Source: a candidate division FCPU426 bacterium (GTDB lineage: Bacteria > Oederibacteriota > JAAXVQ01 > JAUVAV01). Taken from it: a DNA stretch of 64,000 bases. Position numbers and translations under genes: made by a program. This document shows, piece by piece, positions 52,526 to 62,517 of the stretch; the first letter of the stretch is position 1; each line of letters opens with the position of its first letter. Location of the stretch: positions 33,631 to 97,630 of the forward strand of contig DAOWGI010000092.1 of NCBI GenBank assembly GCA_030637655.1, written 5' to 3'. Under the pieces are notes generated by a model. That model saw only the letters and a list, made by a program, of their open reading frames with translations. It did no database searches and was not told the origin of the DNA.

Positions 52526-52770
52526 GCAAGACCTCCTCGTCGGAAATTAGTGCATTTTTGAGTAAACTACCATGTTTGAACAGAAATCGTCAAGCTGAAA
52601 ATCAAAAATTTTGCCTATAAAATAATCAGATTCTCAAACTCCACTCTTTGTCGCACTGCCTGAATATAACTCAAAGTTATATTATTTAATTATATTTTAA
52701 TAAAATTTTTATTTTACCTGGAATAGCAGCGATCGGCGGACAGGCGACGAAAACAAAAAAATCCTTATAC

Positions 52771-53925
52771 TTACAAGATTTCCCGAAAAACCAGATTGGA
52801 TAAAAGCATCCCTTGGTCAGTCAAACGCAAAGTGTTGTTCGTAGCTAACAGGAGTCCTCGGGCTGCCATTTCCCTGATAGGCCGGGTAAAATCCTGAGCC
52901 CAGGTTTTTTCATAATAGTCCTGAATCTCTTGCGTATTCACACCAGAAGTCAGACGCAATCCCACAATAAGCTGCTCAGCAATTTTAGCGCGTCCCTGCA
53001 ACTGTTCTTCGCCGCTTTGCGCTGAGTGGTTGGCCTCTATTTTTTCCATATAGTGTTTAACTTGATTCTCATTCCATTTGCGGACTCCTTGTTCAAAAGA
53101 ATGCGCCGCAGCTCCTAATCCCAAATAATCCTGGTTTTTCCAATAGATTGTGTTGTGTTGGCATTCGAAGCCCGGTTTTGAAAAACTGCACAGTTCATAC
53201 TGGAAAAATCCGTTTTGCGCCAGATACTCCTTGGCCCAGGTATACATCTCAGCAGCAAGATCATCATCCAACAGTGGCAGGGTACCAGTTCGCACCTTAG
53301 CTTCCAAGGGAGTCTTTTCTTCCAAACTCAAAGCATACATGGAAATATGCTCAGGATTCCAGGCCAAAAGAGTATGCAGATCCTGCTGAAATTCCAGAAG
53401 TGTCTGTCCGGGCAGACCGTAAATCAAATCGCAGGAAAGATTCTCAAAATTGTTAGCACGAATATCCTTAACACTTTGCGCAGCCTGCTCTGCCGTATGC
53501 GAGCGTCCCAGCAACTGGAGATACTTGTCTTGCGTGCTCTGCACACCCAGGGCAATTCGATTGATGCCCAGCTGCCGAAATTGGGTTAATTTGTTTTGAT
53601 TCACTGTGGCTGGATTGGCTTCCAGCGTCATCTCTATTCCTTTTTCCAAGTGCATGCGCCGGGCCAAAACACCCAACACACTGGACAACTGTTCAGGCTC
53701 AGCCAGAGAAGGTGTCCCGCCTCCAAAATAGAGAGTCCGTGCCATACCGTGCGCACGTTGCTGGATTTCCTTGTTCAACAGAAAAAAATAATGTTGTATC
53801 TCATCTGAAGCTGCGGCCGGTTGCGAGGCAAAATCACAATACAGACATTTCTTTTGGCAAAATGGGATGTGAACATACACCCCATACGCTTCCCGCGCCG
53901 TGGACTTTATTTGATTGATCGCCAT
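52771..53925 (-). CDS. hemW: Radical SAM heme chaperone HemW (HemN-like)
   Basis: YVHIPFCQKKCLYCDF, GGGTPS, DLIYGLPGQ, HNTIYW, GLGAAAHS. Start uncertain. Confidence 0.92.
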   Translation of the reverse strand: MAINQIKSTAREAYGVYVHIPFCQKKCLYCDFASQPAAASDEIQHYFFLLNKEIQQRAHGMARTLYFGGGTPSLAEPEQLSSVLGVLARRMHLEKGIEMTLEANPATVNQNKLTQFRQLGINRIALGVQSTQDKYLQLLGRSHTAEQAAQSVKDIRANNFENLSCDLIYGLPGQTLLEFQQDLHTLLAWNPEHISMYALSLEEKTPLEAKVRTGTLPLLDDDLAAEMYTWAKEYLAQNGFFQYELCSFSKPGFECQHNTIYWKNQDYLGLGAAAHSFEQGVRKWNENQVKHYMEKIEANHSAQSGEEQLQGRAKIAEQLIVGLRLTSGVNTQEIQDYYEKTWAQDFTRPIREMAARGLLLATNNTLRLTDQGMLLSNLVFREIL

Positions 53926-54587
53926 CGCGTGACAGGCCAATAAATAACCCAGGCTTTGCCTTTAATTAATTTGCGCGGCAAAAACCCCCAAAAACGCGAG
54001 TCTGCCGAAAAATCACGGTTGTCTCCCATCATAAAAAAATGCTCTGCCGGTATAGTAACCGGACCGTAGTTATCCCGCGGACTAATTTCCGGCGGCAAAA
54101 CGCGCATGTCCCGAAACCCGGCATAACCGTCATTTTGGGGCTCATTATTCACATACAAAATTTTATTTTTTACTTCAATGACATCTCCAGGTACACCCAC
54201 GCAGCGTTTGATAAAATCGCGGCGCGGATTTTCCGGATATTTAAAGACCAGAATATCTCCTTGCCTGGGATCTCGAATTTTAATGATCCTTTTGTCGGTA
54301 AACGGAACCTGGAGACCATACACTAATTTGTTGACCAAGAGATGATCACCAATAAGCAGGGTGTTTTCCATGGATCCTGAGGGGATTTTGAAGGCTTGTA
54401 GAAAAATGGTCCGGATGATCAAAGCCAGAATAATGGCAATAAAACCGGAATCTACGTATTCCATGTAAATATTGGTCTTGGGTAACTTGACAAGATAACG
54501 CAGAATGACTTCTGCCAAAGTCAGGCCCACCAATAGTCCGTAAAAAATCAGTTCCGCTGCTTCAGCGGTTTTAATCCATTCAATCAT
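53907..54587 (-). CDS. lepB: Signal peptidase I
   Basis: IPSGSMENTL, FIKRCVGVPGD, MGDNRDFSADSRFWG. Confidence 0.96.
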   Translation of the reverse strand: MIEWIKTAEAAELIFYGLLVGLTLAEVILRYLVKLPKTNIYMEYVDSGFIAIILALIIRTIFLQAFKIPSGSMENTLLIGDHLLVNKLVYGLQVPFTDKRIIKIRDPRQGDILVFKYPENPRRDFIKRCVGVPGDVIEVKNKILYVNNEPQNDGYAGFRDMRVLPPEISPRDNYGPVTIPAEHFFMMGDNRDFSADSRFWGFLPRKLIKGKAWVIYWPVTRWRSIK

Positions 54588-54624
54588 AATGTTTTTACCT
54601 TTCTTTAATTATTAAAATAATTGC

Positions 54625-54683
54625 CGGGCGACCGCAAGGATCGCCCCTACGGTTAATCACGGGCGCACTCAGTGCGCCCCTAC
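54625..54683 (-). repeat. Two tandem GTAG-type REP-like palindromes
   Basis: CGGGCGACCGCAAGGATCGCCCCTAC and CGGGCGCACTCAGTGCGCCCCTAC; the second overlaps the lepA stop. Confidence 0.85.
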
Positions 54684-56482
54684 TCATCACCCAGTTTCAG
54701 TACTGCCAAGAACGCCTTTTGCGGGATTTCAACATTACCCACGTGCTTCATCCGTTTTTTACCCTCTTTTTGATTCTCCAACAATTTCCGTTTGCGCGTA
54801 ATGTCACCGCCGTAACATCTGGCAATAACATCTTTTCGCAGCGCACGAATACTCTCGCGCGCAATGACCTTCGCGCCGATCGCTGCTTGAATCGGCACCT
54901 CAAACTGCTGGCGCGGTATGATTTTTCTTAACCGGCCGGCCAATACCCTGCCCCGGCCTTCGGCAAAATTACGATGGCACATAAAAGAGAGCGCGTCCAC
55001 AGGCTCCCGATTGACCAGGATATCCACTTTTACCATATTCTCCCGACGGTATCCGGCCGGTTCATAATCCATGCTCGCGTAACCGCGGGTGCGTGACTTG
55101 AGTTGATCAAAAAAATCCGCGATCACCTCAATCAAGGGCAAATGATAGGCAATCTTAACACGTGTGGTATCCAGGTACTCGGTATTCTCATACACCCCGC
55201 GGCGTTCCTGCGCGAGCTGCATAACCGCTCCCACATACTCCGAAGGCACCAAAATAGTAACATACATATACGGTTCTTCAATATAATCAATCTCATCCAA
55301 GGGCGGCAGCTTGGCTGGATTGTCCACTTCCAGCACATCCTTATTGGTTTTGTGCACCCTAAAAATCACGGAAGGCGCGGTAGCAATCAAATCCAAGTTA
55401 AACTCACGCTCCAGGCGTTCCTGAATAATTTCCATATGCAACAGACCCAGGAATCCGCAACGGAAACCAAACCCCAAAGCAGTAGAATTTTCCGGTTCGT
55501 AAAAAAGTGAGGCATCATTGAGTTTTAATTTTTCCAGGGCCGTACGCAGATTTTCAAATTCTCCGGCTTCAATCGTAAAGAGACCGCAAAAAACCATGGG
55601 CTTGATCTCGCGAAAACCTACTAGCGCTTCTATGGTTGGACGTTTGTCCTCTGTGACCGTATCGCCCACTTTGACATCTGAGATATTCTTAATACCGGCA
55701 ATCAGATACCCAACCTCACCGGCGGAGAGCTTATCCACCGGCTGGGCATTGGGAGTAAATATACCAACCTCATCCACTTCATAGGCCGTATCTGTTGACA
55801 TCATACGGATGGTCATACCCTTTTTGATCCGGCCGTCCATAATCCGCATATACACAATAACCCCGCGATAGGTATCAAAATGAGAATCAAAAACCAGGGC
55901 TTTTAAGGCTGCGTTCTCGTCCCCGCCGGGCGCGGGGACCTTGCGCACAATAGCCTCCAGAATTTCTTCAGTCCCTTGACCGGTCTTAGCAGACGCGACC
56001 ATAGCCTCATCTCCGGGTATTTGGAGCACTTCCTCAATCTGATGGATAATCTCATCCGGACGCGCAGCCGGCAGATCAATCTTATTTAATACCGGCAGCA
56101 AAACCAGGTCATGCAAGATGGCTAACTCAGCATTTGACAGGGTCTGAGCTTCAATACCTTGCGCCGCATCCACCACCAGCAAAGCTCCTTCGCACGCAGC
56201 CAAAGAGCGGCTCACTTCATAATTAAAGTCCACGTGACCTGGCGTATCAATGAGATTGAACTGATAGGTCTGCCCATCTTTAGCGTGATACATCAAGCGC
56301 ACAGCTTTAGCCTTGATGGTAATCCCGCGTTCCCGCTCCAGATCCATGTCATCCAAGATCTGTTCACGCATATCGCGTTTGGAGACCGTATGGGTAAATT
56401 CCAAAATACGATCAGCCAGAGTGGATTTCCCGTGGTCAATGTGCGCGATAATACTGAAATTCCGAATATTTGGATTAGCCAT
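54680..56482 (-). CDS. lepA: Elongation factor 4
   Basis: [51 protein letters not shown]. Confidence 0.98.
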   Translation of the reverse strand: MANPNIRNFSIIAHIDHGKSTLADRILEFTHTVSKRDMREQILDDMDLERERGITIKAKAVRLMYHAKDGQTYQFNLIDTPGHVDFNYEVSRSLAACEGALLVVDAAQGIEAQTLSNAELAILHDLVLLPVLNKIDLPAARPDEIIHQIEEVLQIPGDEAMVASAKTGQGTEEILEAIVRKVPAPGGDENAALKALVFDSHFDTYRGVIVYMRIMDGRIKKGMTIRMMSTDTAYEVDEVGIFTPNAQPVDKLSAGEVGYLIAGIKNISDVKVGDTVTEDKRPTIEALVGFREIKPMVFCGLFTIEAGEFENLRTALEKLKLNDASLFYEPENSTALGFGFRCGFLGLLHMEIIQERLEREFNLDLIATAPSVIFRVHKTNKDVLEVDNPAKLPPLDEIDYIEEPYMYVTILVPSEYVGAVMQLAQERRGVYENTEYLDTTRVKIAYHLPLIEVIADFFDQLKSRTRGYASMDYEPAGYRRENMVKVDILVNREPVDALSFMCHRNFAEGRGRVLAGRLRKIIPRQQFEVPIQAAIGAKVIARESIRALRKDVIARCYGGDITRKRKLLENQKEGKKRMKHVGNVEIPQKAFLAVLKLGDE

Positions 56483-56484
56483 AA

Positions 56485-58443
56485 TTACTTCTTACGTGCT
56501 CCTTCTGATTTCCCGGTCCGCGTATTTCCCAGACTGCCATTGGCTGTGGAAGTATTGCTGCTGGGCAAGGGTGGTCCCAATTGTTTGGTAACCGGCAAAT
56601 ATACAAAATCAAACCAAGGCGGATTATCTCCATCCGCCGGCGAGGTGACCTTTATGGCTACCATCTGTTGGCCGCCGTTTTTATTATAAATAGAATCTGT
56701 ACGCAGGCATAAAGATACGGTCTGAGTATTATTGTGAGGCCCCAGATTATCAAGGACTTTGGGTTTTTCGTCAAGCCGTATTAAGCGCGGCATATCCACT
56801 AATTCCGCCGACACAGCGGTAGTACTGTTAGCGGATAGATTGGTAATTTTTAACTTGAGTTCTGTATCACGGTGCAGAATCAATTCCAGCGGAGCTTCGA
56901 TTTCCACCTTATACGAATAGCGCTTGGCCTTTGCTTTAAGCCGGGTAAAAGAGGCGGCGCCGCACATGATCCACTCTTTGCTGCCATACGGACCGCGGGC
57001 GCCAAAAAAAGCCCGGGCCAGATCATGCCAGAACAAGCCAAAGGTCTTGGTTAGCGGATAGAGCTCTTTAATGGTCAGCACTTGCCGGTCCAGATGCTCC
57101 CAAGTGCCGGCAGGATCTTTAGTGCGCTGTAACAGGTTCCAATCCACCGGCTGACCAAACACCAGACTGGCATCTGCTTTGCGCAGATACTTTTTCCAAT
57201 CATATAACATGTGCGGCAAATCCGGTTTCTCAATCTCATAAAACATAGGCGCGTTAAAACCAATACCCGCATCCAGCATCATCAAGAGATCCTGGCCATG
57301 CTGATGCCCGCCTCTCCAGCCCAAAGAAAATACCCAGACCGGTTTGGTAGGTTTCACTTCAGCCATAATGTGCTCAATTACCAAAGCCACTTTATGTGCC
57401 CGCCACCACATCCATTGCTCACGCGCGGCTTTGACCCGTCTGACCTGGATCAGGCGCGCCAGCCAGAGGCTGCGTTCTGAGGAAGACCATTTGGACCATT
57501 GGACGGGAGTAGTAATATCCATATCGCGCACAAACTCATCTGCAAACTCATACCCGCCAAAATCCGTACGCATATAATCCAGGCCGATGTAATCCACATT
57601 CGGATCAGCCTCGAACTTTTTAAGCAGTTCAATAATATGTATAATTCTTTCCTGGCATCCTAAAGACACATAGCGAAGCTGACGCAAAGCATTCTTTTCC
57701 CGGCTGTATCCCAGAGTAAAAGAGTATCCGCTGTCTTCAATCTTATTACCAATCACCACAAACGAGGTAACCCAGGCGCCGTACTGCATGCCGGCCTCAT
57801 GCGATTCCTTAGCTGCGCGTTTCATTAAACGGACTGTGTATTTGGAAAAAGGAAAGAGATCATCCTTGCGTTTGCCCCAGATTTGCGTTTGACCAACACA
57901 CTGCCAAAAGGCGTCAGCGCCCATGTACTTGGTCCAGGAGATTAAATTTCTCCAGGACCGCTTGCCACCAGGTTCCATGCTCGGAGTTTTATTAGGACCG
58001 TATTTCCCGCCTTCGTAAGTCACCACTGAAAAACCTTTGGGCAATTCATAGGGTTTGCGCCCGCGGATTTTAAATTGACCGTGGGCTGTGAGCGTGGTGG
58101 ACTTGCCGTCAAAAACCGCCACTTTGGCCGTATAAGTGCCTAAGGTTGGATTAAACGGAATCGGCCACAAGCCTTCCCATTGACCGGATGCTTGTTTTTT
58201 TAGGACAATTTTTTTAAGACTGCCAACAGTTGTGATCCGGGTCTTGCCTTTCCAGATCGTAGCTGAGAGCTTGTCCGGCAAACTTTTCACCCTGGCCGTA
58301 GGCGTGGTTCCAGGACTGACAATGACTTTCACCAATTCATAACGCCAATATTGATCCTTTTCCGTTGTAAGTGTAAGCTCACCTGCCAGTGCGGAAGAGG
58401 CAGAAACGAGCAGCAGCGTAGCTATCCAAACAAAATATCGCAA
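56485..58443 (-). CDS. Secreted protein with Ig-like ends and a putative glycoside-hydrolase-like TIM barrel
   Basis: TTG start with AGGAGG RBS, signal peptide ending [15 protein letters not shown] and APMFY motifs reminiscent of GHL10/DUF4015. Confidence 0.6.
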   Translation of the reverse strand: MRYFVWIATLLLVSASSALAGELTLTTEKDQYWRYELVKVIVSPGTTPTARVKSLPDKLSATIWKGKTRITTVGSLKKIVLKKQASGQWEGLWPIPFNPTLGTYTAKVAVFDGKSTTLTAHGQFKIRGRKPYELPKGFSVVTYEGGKYGPNKTPSMEPGGKRSWRNLISWTKYMGADAFWQCVGQTQIWGKRKDDLFPFSKYTVRLMKRAAKESHEAGMQYGAWVTSFVVIGNKIEDSGYSFTLGYSREKNALRQLRYVSLGCQERIIHIIELLKKFEADPNVDYIGLDYMRTDFGGYEFADEFVRDMDITTPVQWSKWSSSERSLWLARLIQVRRVKAAREQWMWWRAHKVALVIEHIMAEVKPTKPVWVFSLGWRGGHQHGQDLLMMLDAGIGFNAPMFYEIEKPDLPHMLYDWKKYLRKADASLVFGQPVDWNLLQRTKDPAGTWEHLDRQVLTIKELYPLTKTFGLFWHDLARAFFGARGPYGSKEWIMCGAASFTRLKAKAKRYSYKVEIEAPLELILHRDTELKLKITNLSANSTTAVSAELVDMPRLIRLDEKPKVLDNLGPHNNTQTVSLCLRTDSIYNKNGGQQMVAIKVTSPADGDNPPWFDFVYLPVTKQLGPPLPSSNTSTANGSLGNTRTGKSEGARKK

Positions 58444-58560
58444 AAAATCCTCCTTAAGGACCCAAAACTATATGCTTTTAATGAAAAACAATACCATTAA
58501 TAGGACCCCGGATGCAAGTATAACCAAGTGGAAGTGAGTAAATAAAGGGATTATATTAGG

Positions 58561-58623
58561 TGTAGGGAACAGTCGCGACTGTTCCCTACTACAAATTTTT
58601 CCGGTTGGGGGACCGTTTCCTAC
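58561..58623. repeat. GTAGGGAAC-subtype REP-like pair
   Basis: GTAGGGAACAGTCGCGACTGTTCCCTAC followed by GGGGACCGTTTCCTAC. Confidence 0.8.
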
Positions 58624-58676
58624 GTTATCGGTATCCGTTATCCGGACAACGCACTGATTTATTGGGAGCAATGAAG

Positions 58677-58883
58677 CTAAGCCGCTTTGTTTTTTACTTC
58701 CTGATAAGAAAATTCCGCTAAACCGGCTTTGGCTTTGGCGTGCTCAATTGTCATATTCACCAGGTTGCCGTCTTCATCGAGGTCAATATAAATATTCTCG
58801 TTTATTTCTCTTGTTTCAGAAACCGGCTTATCAGAAAATTCCAGATTCGCCGTATCCGTGTCAGTAAAATATTTAATTTTCAT
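58677..58883 (-). CDS. DUF2283-family protein (putative antitoxin)
   Basis: MKIKYFTDTDTA.LEF...V.ET.E...NIYIDLDEDGNLV..TIEHA pattern. Confidence 0.85.
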   Translation of the reverse strand: MKIKYFTDTDTANLEFSDKPVSETREINENIYIDLDEDGNLVNMTIEHAKAKAGLAEFSYQEVKNKAA

Positions 58884-58951
58884 GCTTCATCCTCCTTCTG
58901 AAAACCTCTATCAAAAAACGCATTATGCACAGTTTCGCCGTCCTCGAGGAG
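58880..58951 (-). pseudogene. 3' remnant of the cognate toxin-like gene of the DUF2283 module
   Basis: Reads LLEDGETVHNAFFDRGFQKEDEA-stop with ATGA overlap into DUF2283; the 5' part is replaced by an intron 5' stub. Confidence 0.7.
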
Positions 58952-58961
58952 CCTGGCGCAA
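58951..58961 (-). mobile_element. Group II intron 5' stub (11 nt) after exon motif GGGGACGTTCTC
   Basis: TTGCGCCAGGC is identical to the first 11 nt of the two longer remnants and is preceded by the same exon motif in the same register. Confidence 0.6.
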
Positions 58962-59010
58962 GAGAACGTCCCCCGTCCGTTTTCCTGATGAATTTATTAA
59001 TACCGGTTTC

Positions 59011-59063
59011 CGTAGAGACGTTGCATGCGCAAGTGCCCGTTTTGAGGGTACAACGTCTCTACA
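59011..59063. repeat. GTAGAGACG-subtype REP-like element
   Basis: GTAGAGACGTTG...CAACGTCTCTAC. Confidence 0.75.
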
Positions 59064-59120
59064 GGATGTTATGACATATGATTTCTCGTTATCCGGTTAT
59101 CCTAATCATAACCCCGTCTC

Positions 59121-59993
59121 CTATTGAACTCTCAACTTATCTCTGGTAATGGCGTTGAAAAAATCCGCTGACCACAATTGCAATTCATCAGGATTTCCAA
59201 CAAAAGGCAGCACATCTTTTTTAGCCTGCTCATAGTGTAGGGCCTGAAATTTATTTTCAAGCAATGCTGTCAGGTCTTCTTGCGTGATCTGGTCTTGTGA
59301 TTTCCAATGTCCCGTTTGCACCATCCGCTGCTGCAAATGCTCCAGGTTTATCGAAACGTCTCGCGAAAGGTACCAGATATAATCAAACAGATCCCTCCCT
59401 TTTACCCGGTCACCTTTCCAGTTGCGGCATAATAGCGCATGCAATTTCCCGGCAAACAGGGAACTTTGCGTAAATACCCTGACTGAAAAAGGAATCGGCA
59501 TGAGCAGGTATTTCATCTCATACTCAGCACCCGGGGGCGGATCCGTATCCACTTCAAGCTTGATTTTAAGCGATTCATTTTCATCAATGCCCGCTACCGG
59601 GGGCCGAATGGCTGCTATTTTCAATAAATGTATTTTTGTATTTCCTTTTATAAATGCTGACTCTATGGCAGTATCTGCTGTTTTTTCTTTTTTCTTGACC
59701 TCGACATCAAAACCATAAGCCGCCATTTCTTCCTGTATCACAGCGCAATACGGACTGATATCAAATTGATGGTCTTTTTTTAGAAGAGAAAAATCCAGAT
59801 CCTCTGAAAATCGCGGCAATCCGTAAAATACGCGTAATGCTGTGCCGCCGTAAAAGGCGGCCTTTTCAAAAAAGCGATTCCTAAACAATCCCAGCAGGGC
59901 AATTTGCTGAATAATTTCCTTGAGCGCATTTTTATGTTCATCCGGTGTTTTGGCCTGATAGTTTTTGAGCATCGACTCAATCGCGCTATGCAT
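59121..59993 (-). CDS. abiEii: AbiEii-family nucleotidyltransferase toxin (type IV TA)
   Basis: FYGGTALR, RFSEDLDFS, IKLEVD, AGKLHA, KGRDLFD. Start reset to ATG 59993. Confidence 0.9.
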   Translation of the reverse strand: MHSAIESMLKNYQAKTPDEHKNALKEIIQQIALLGLFRNRFFEKAAFYGGTALRVFYGLPRFSEDLDFSLLKKDHQFDISPYCAVIQEEMAAYGFDVEVKKKEKTADTAIESAFIKGNTKIHLLKIAAIRPPVAGIDENESLKIKLEVDTDPPPGAEYEMKYLLMPIPFSVRVFTQSSLFAGKLHALLCRNWKGDRVKGRDLFDYIWYLSRDVSINLEHLQQRMVQTGHWKSQDQITQEDLTALLENKFQALHYEQAKKDVLPFVGNPDELQLWSADFFNAITRDKLRVQ

Positions 59994-60603
59994 ATCTTTC
60001 TCCTTTTTCCAGATATTGACAAAGCAATGTGATAACGCCTTTTTCATACACTTCTGATAAAAAAGCCATATCCTGTTGGTTTACTAAAAAAAGCGCTTCT
60101 CTTTCCATGCGAAGGTCCTCATAAAGAAGCATTTTCAGCTTCTTTATGCTTGTCACCCTGCCTGCCTTTATCAGTGTGTCACAAAGTGCCTTTTCCCTGC
60201 CGGCGATTAAAAAAGGACTCCCGTTCTCTCCCCTGCGGTCAATACCGTATGGATAAGCATGCGCAGGAACACTTTGATAAAAAAAAGCTCCCAGCGGTGT
60301 GGTAAATAGCTTGCTCTTGTTCTTGCCCATGCTGGCGGAGGTTATCGTATGAACGCGCTCAGGAATAAGCCCGTAAAAACTCAAAGCATATTCAAAAGAA
60401 ATATAGGATGGACCGTAGATTTTATTGGCCAGGGTTTTTAAAGATACATTGGTATTATGAGGCCAAACGTACAATCCCCGTCTGACCTTGATAATCTCAT
60501 TGGACTTGATCATCCTGGTGATCTTGGCCTTGGGCGAAGCATATTCCTTCAGCGCATCCAGAAGATACAAATAATCTATGTACCCTACATCTTGATTAAG
60601 CAT
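59986..60603 (-). CDS. abiEi: AbiEi-family antitoxin (type IV TA)
   Basis: IIKVRRGLY, PSYISFEYALSFYGLIPERV, EKALCD; overlaps the toxin start. Confidence 0.9.
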   Translation of the reverse strand: MLNQDVGYIDYLYLLDALKEYASPKAKITRMIKSNEIIKVRRGLYVWPHNTNVSLKTLANKIYGPSYISFEYALSFYGLIPERVHTITSASMGKNKSKLFTTPLGAFFYQSVPAHAYPYGIDRRGENGSPFLIAGREKALCDTLIKAGRVTSIKKLKMLLYEDLRMEREALFLVNQQDMAFLSEVYEKGVITLLCQYLEKGERYA

Positions 60604-60624
60604 TTTTCCTCCAGCAAGTACACT

Positions 60625-60682
60625 ATTATCATACTTATTGGAGAATATTGCAACATATATCTCTCTTTTTCTCCGAATAGTA
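60625..60682 (-). promoter_or_regulatory. abiE promoter with overlapping imperfect inverted repeat
   Basis: Minus strand TTGCAA-17bp-GATAAT; IR TACTTATTGGAGAA (60632-60645) / TTCTCCGAATAGTA (60669-60682). Confidence 0.55.
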
Positions 60683-60764
60683 CATTATTTCGATACTTTT
60701 GGGAGATTTTATCGGTATTGGAAAAAAAACAAATTTTCATTGCAGATTATTTTGATTTTTTCAT

Positions 60765-60790
60765 GTAGGGGCGGGTTCCGAACCCGCCCT
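60765..60790 (+). repeat. GTAG-type REP-like palindrome
   Basis: GTAGGGGCGGGTTCCGAACCCGCCCT. Confidence 0.75.
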
Positions 60791-60817
60791 TGCGATTTTA
60801 TTTTATTAACCGGTTAT

Positions 60818-60985
60818 CCTGCCGCTGTTGTCAAAACGTCGGCTTTCGGTTGGGGCTTTCAGGGCTCAATCACACGGCCTGCTTTGCCGAGCGGGGTTGA
60901 CTACCCGCTAGGGTTCAATACAAGGTAGTGGTTCAAAAATTCGAACCCCTACTCATCACCTTTGTCCGGACTTTGCCTGGCGCAA
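60818..60985 (-). mobile_element. Group II intron 5' (domain I) remnant, internally deleted
   Basis: Begins TTGCGCCAGGCAAAGTCCGG; contains CAGGCCGTGTGATTGAGCCCTGAAA; colinear with 62068-62517 except for a deletion of about 77 bp. Confidence 0.75.
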
Positions 60986-61009
60986 AAGAACGTCACCTTT
61001 CAACTATCG

Positions 61010-61309
61010 CTAAATTCCCTTTCCAATGGTTTGAACAACGTCAGCGCTTATTTTTGAATAATCTGCGGCAAAACCCAATTTCTTCAATTCTTCCGTCAAA
61101 TCAATCTCGGATTTCAACTTGCTCGGTTTGGGAACAAGAAAATCCATGTCGCGAGTATAAAAAATACTTTTCCCCAAGGTTTTGTTCTCAAAATAATTCG
61201 AATAAAACAGTTCCGCCCAGCTGCCTATGAGAATTGTTTCCTCAAGCACACCCAGATCTGCCAGTTTGCCCAGTAATTTAATGCAAAAATTATATTGTTG
61301 CGGGTCCAC
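61010..61309 (-). pseudogene. Truncated GSU2403-like nucleotidyltransferase-fold (toxin-like) gene
   Basis: ILIGSWA..FY and TRDMDFLVP nucleotidyltransferase motifs, but the ORF stops at 99 aa just before the intron insertion motif. Confidence 0.7.
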
Positions 61310-61604
61310 GCAAGGCGCTCCTGAGGGCTTTTATTTGAGCCTTCAAAATTTTAATGTTTTCCATATATTTCCGGCGCAATTGTTTTGACTTTTTAAATTT
61401 TACGAAAACAGCCTGGTCATATTTGCCATAATATCGATAAACTATTCTAGGCCCGTCACGGCGCGCCAAATAGAGATACTTGCGATTGCGAATGTTTTTT
61501 ACCACCATCACTTCTTTGGGAAGTTTGCGAATTTCGCTTTCAAAGCGCCGGCACATTTGAACCGTATTTTTCAGCTCTTCTGCTAATATGCCTCTGATTG
61601 CCAT
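61290..61604 (-). CDS. Small basic protein, putative antitoxin/regulator partner of the nucleotidyltransferase
   Basis: IRKLPKEVMVVKNIRNRKYLYLARRDG..IVYRYYGK followed by a coiled coil; overlaps the downstream gene; GGGAG RBS. Confidence 0.7.
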   Translation of the reverse strand: MAIRGILAEELKNTVQMCRRFESEIRKLPKEVMVVKNIRNRKYLYLARRDGPRIVYRYYGKYDQAVFVKFKKSKQLRRKYMENIKILKAQIKALRSALRGPATI

Positions 61605-61616
61605 ATTCTCCCCTGG

Positions 61617-61704
61617 TTAACCAACATTTTATATTAATGTTATCATGTTGGTTAACACTTGTCAATTAACCAACATTTATTATATCTCTTTATTTGTTGG
61701 TTAA
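61617..61704 (-). promoter_or_regulatory. Promoter with two tandem inverted-repeat operators
   Basis: TTAACCAACA-N19-TGTTGGTTAA twice (61617-61655, 61666-61704); minus strand TTGACA (61660-61665)-17bp-TAACAT with extended TG. Confidence 0.8.
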
Positions 61705-61775
61705 TAATGCCAAAGGGGATACTCATGATTTTATGACTCAAGCTTTTTTCTAAAGTCATTATCTCGCCGGGTGAC

Positions 61776-61980
61776 CGAGGAGTTTGTCGGACTTAACACA
61801 TCCAAAACAAGTATCCGCGTTGTTAAATAGCACATACTGAAAATCCCTCTCACTCCCCCTTTTCAAAAAGGGGGAGTGAGAGGGATTTTTTCAGCTTGCA
61901 GTCGCCTTTAATACGTGCCTTCTTTTAAAATTCCACGCCAGGCACACCAATTTCCATTCTTCCTGTACTCCTTTCATATC
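61776..61980 (-). mobile_element. IS1182-family right-end remnant
   Basis: 61891-61980 translates DMKGVQEEWKLVCLAWNFKRRHVLKATAS-stop (the EW.LVCLA.N.KR C-terminal motif); then a long hairpin at 61840-61889 and the IR GAGTTTGTCGGACTT at 61780-61794. Confidence 0.75.
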
Positions 61981-61986
61981 CGATTA

Positions 61987-62517
61987 ATCGCTATCCGCTG
62001 GTTTTCAGTTTACAGGTTACCACGGTTCTGTGTCCTCACCATGTTTCCCTCCAGCGATTCCGTTTTTCTACTTCCGCTGTTGCTAGTGTAGTGTCTCTTA
62101 AATAGCTTTACATTTGGTAATGCCATTTTGCAGCGAACTTCCCTTGGTCCGTCACCCCGGAATGGTTTTATCCGGGGTCCAGAATGATTTTGATTACCAA
62201 CGCCTCTGGATTCCGGCTTAAAGCATACCGGAATGACATCTTAAAAATAAAATTCAAATGTAAAGAAGCGTAGAGACACTACACTAGAGCGTCGGCCTTT
62301 AGCTATGGGGATTTCGGGGCTCAATCACATGGCCTGCGTACTCACTGTCTGCGCTTCGTCATAGAGAGTCACCTCTCCATCACGCAAGACTCGCTTTAAG
62401 GCTGTTGGCTAAGCTTTGCCGAGCGGGGTTGATTACCCGCTAGGTTTCAATACAAGGTAGAGATTCGAAATTTCTAACCCCTACTCATCCTCTTAGTCCG
62501 GACTTTGCCTGGCGCAA
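61987..62517 (-). mobile_element. Group II intron remnant: domain I plus decayed start of the intron-encoded ORF, interrupted by a MITE
   Basis: TTGCGCCAGG start; GCGAGTCTTGCGTG, CGAAGCGCAGACAG and GTGATTGAGCCCCGAAA domain I motifs; GGAGGGAAAC-ATG at 62042 reads MVRTQNRGNL*TENQRIA. Confidence 0.8.
62083..62287. mobile_element. MITE inserted at CTAG, carrying a GTCA...TGAC REP hairpin (62151-62237)
   Basis: Perfect 16-bp terminal IR CTAGTGTAGTGTCTCT / AGAGACACTACACTAG plus subterminal CTTTACATTTG / CAAATGTAAAG; removing it restores colinearity with the intron copy near 60822-60843. Confidence 0.85.

Noticed and set aside
58468-58671. 67-aa minus-strand ORF
   Set aside because: Largely made of REP palindromes; no protein features.
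60638-61230. Two plus-strand ORFs (96 and 100 aa)
   Set aside because: They run antisense through a promoter, a REP, the intron remnant and the nucleotidyltransferase pseudogene.
61617-61704. Mini CRISPR array
   Set aside because: The units are 10-bp half-sites in alternating orientation over a promoter, with no cas genes; an operator explains it better.
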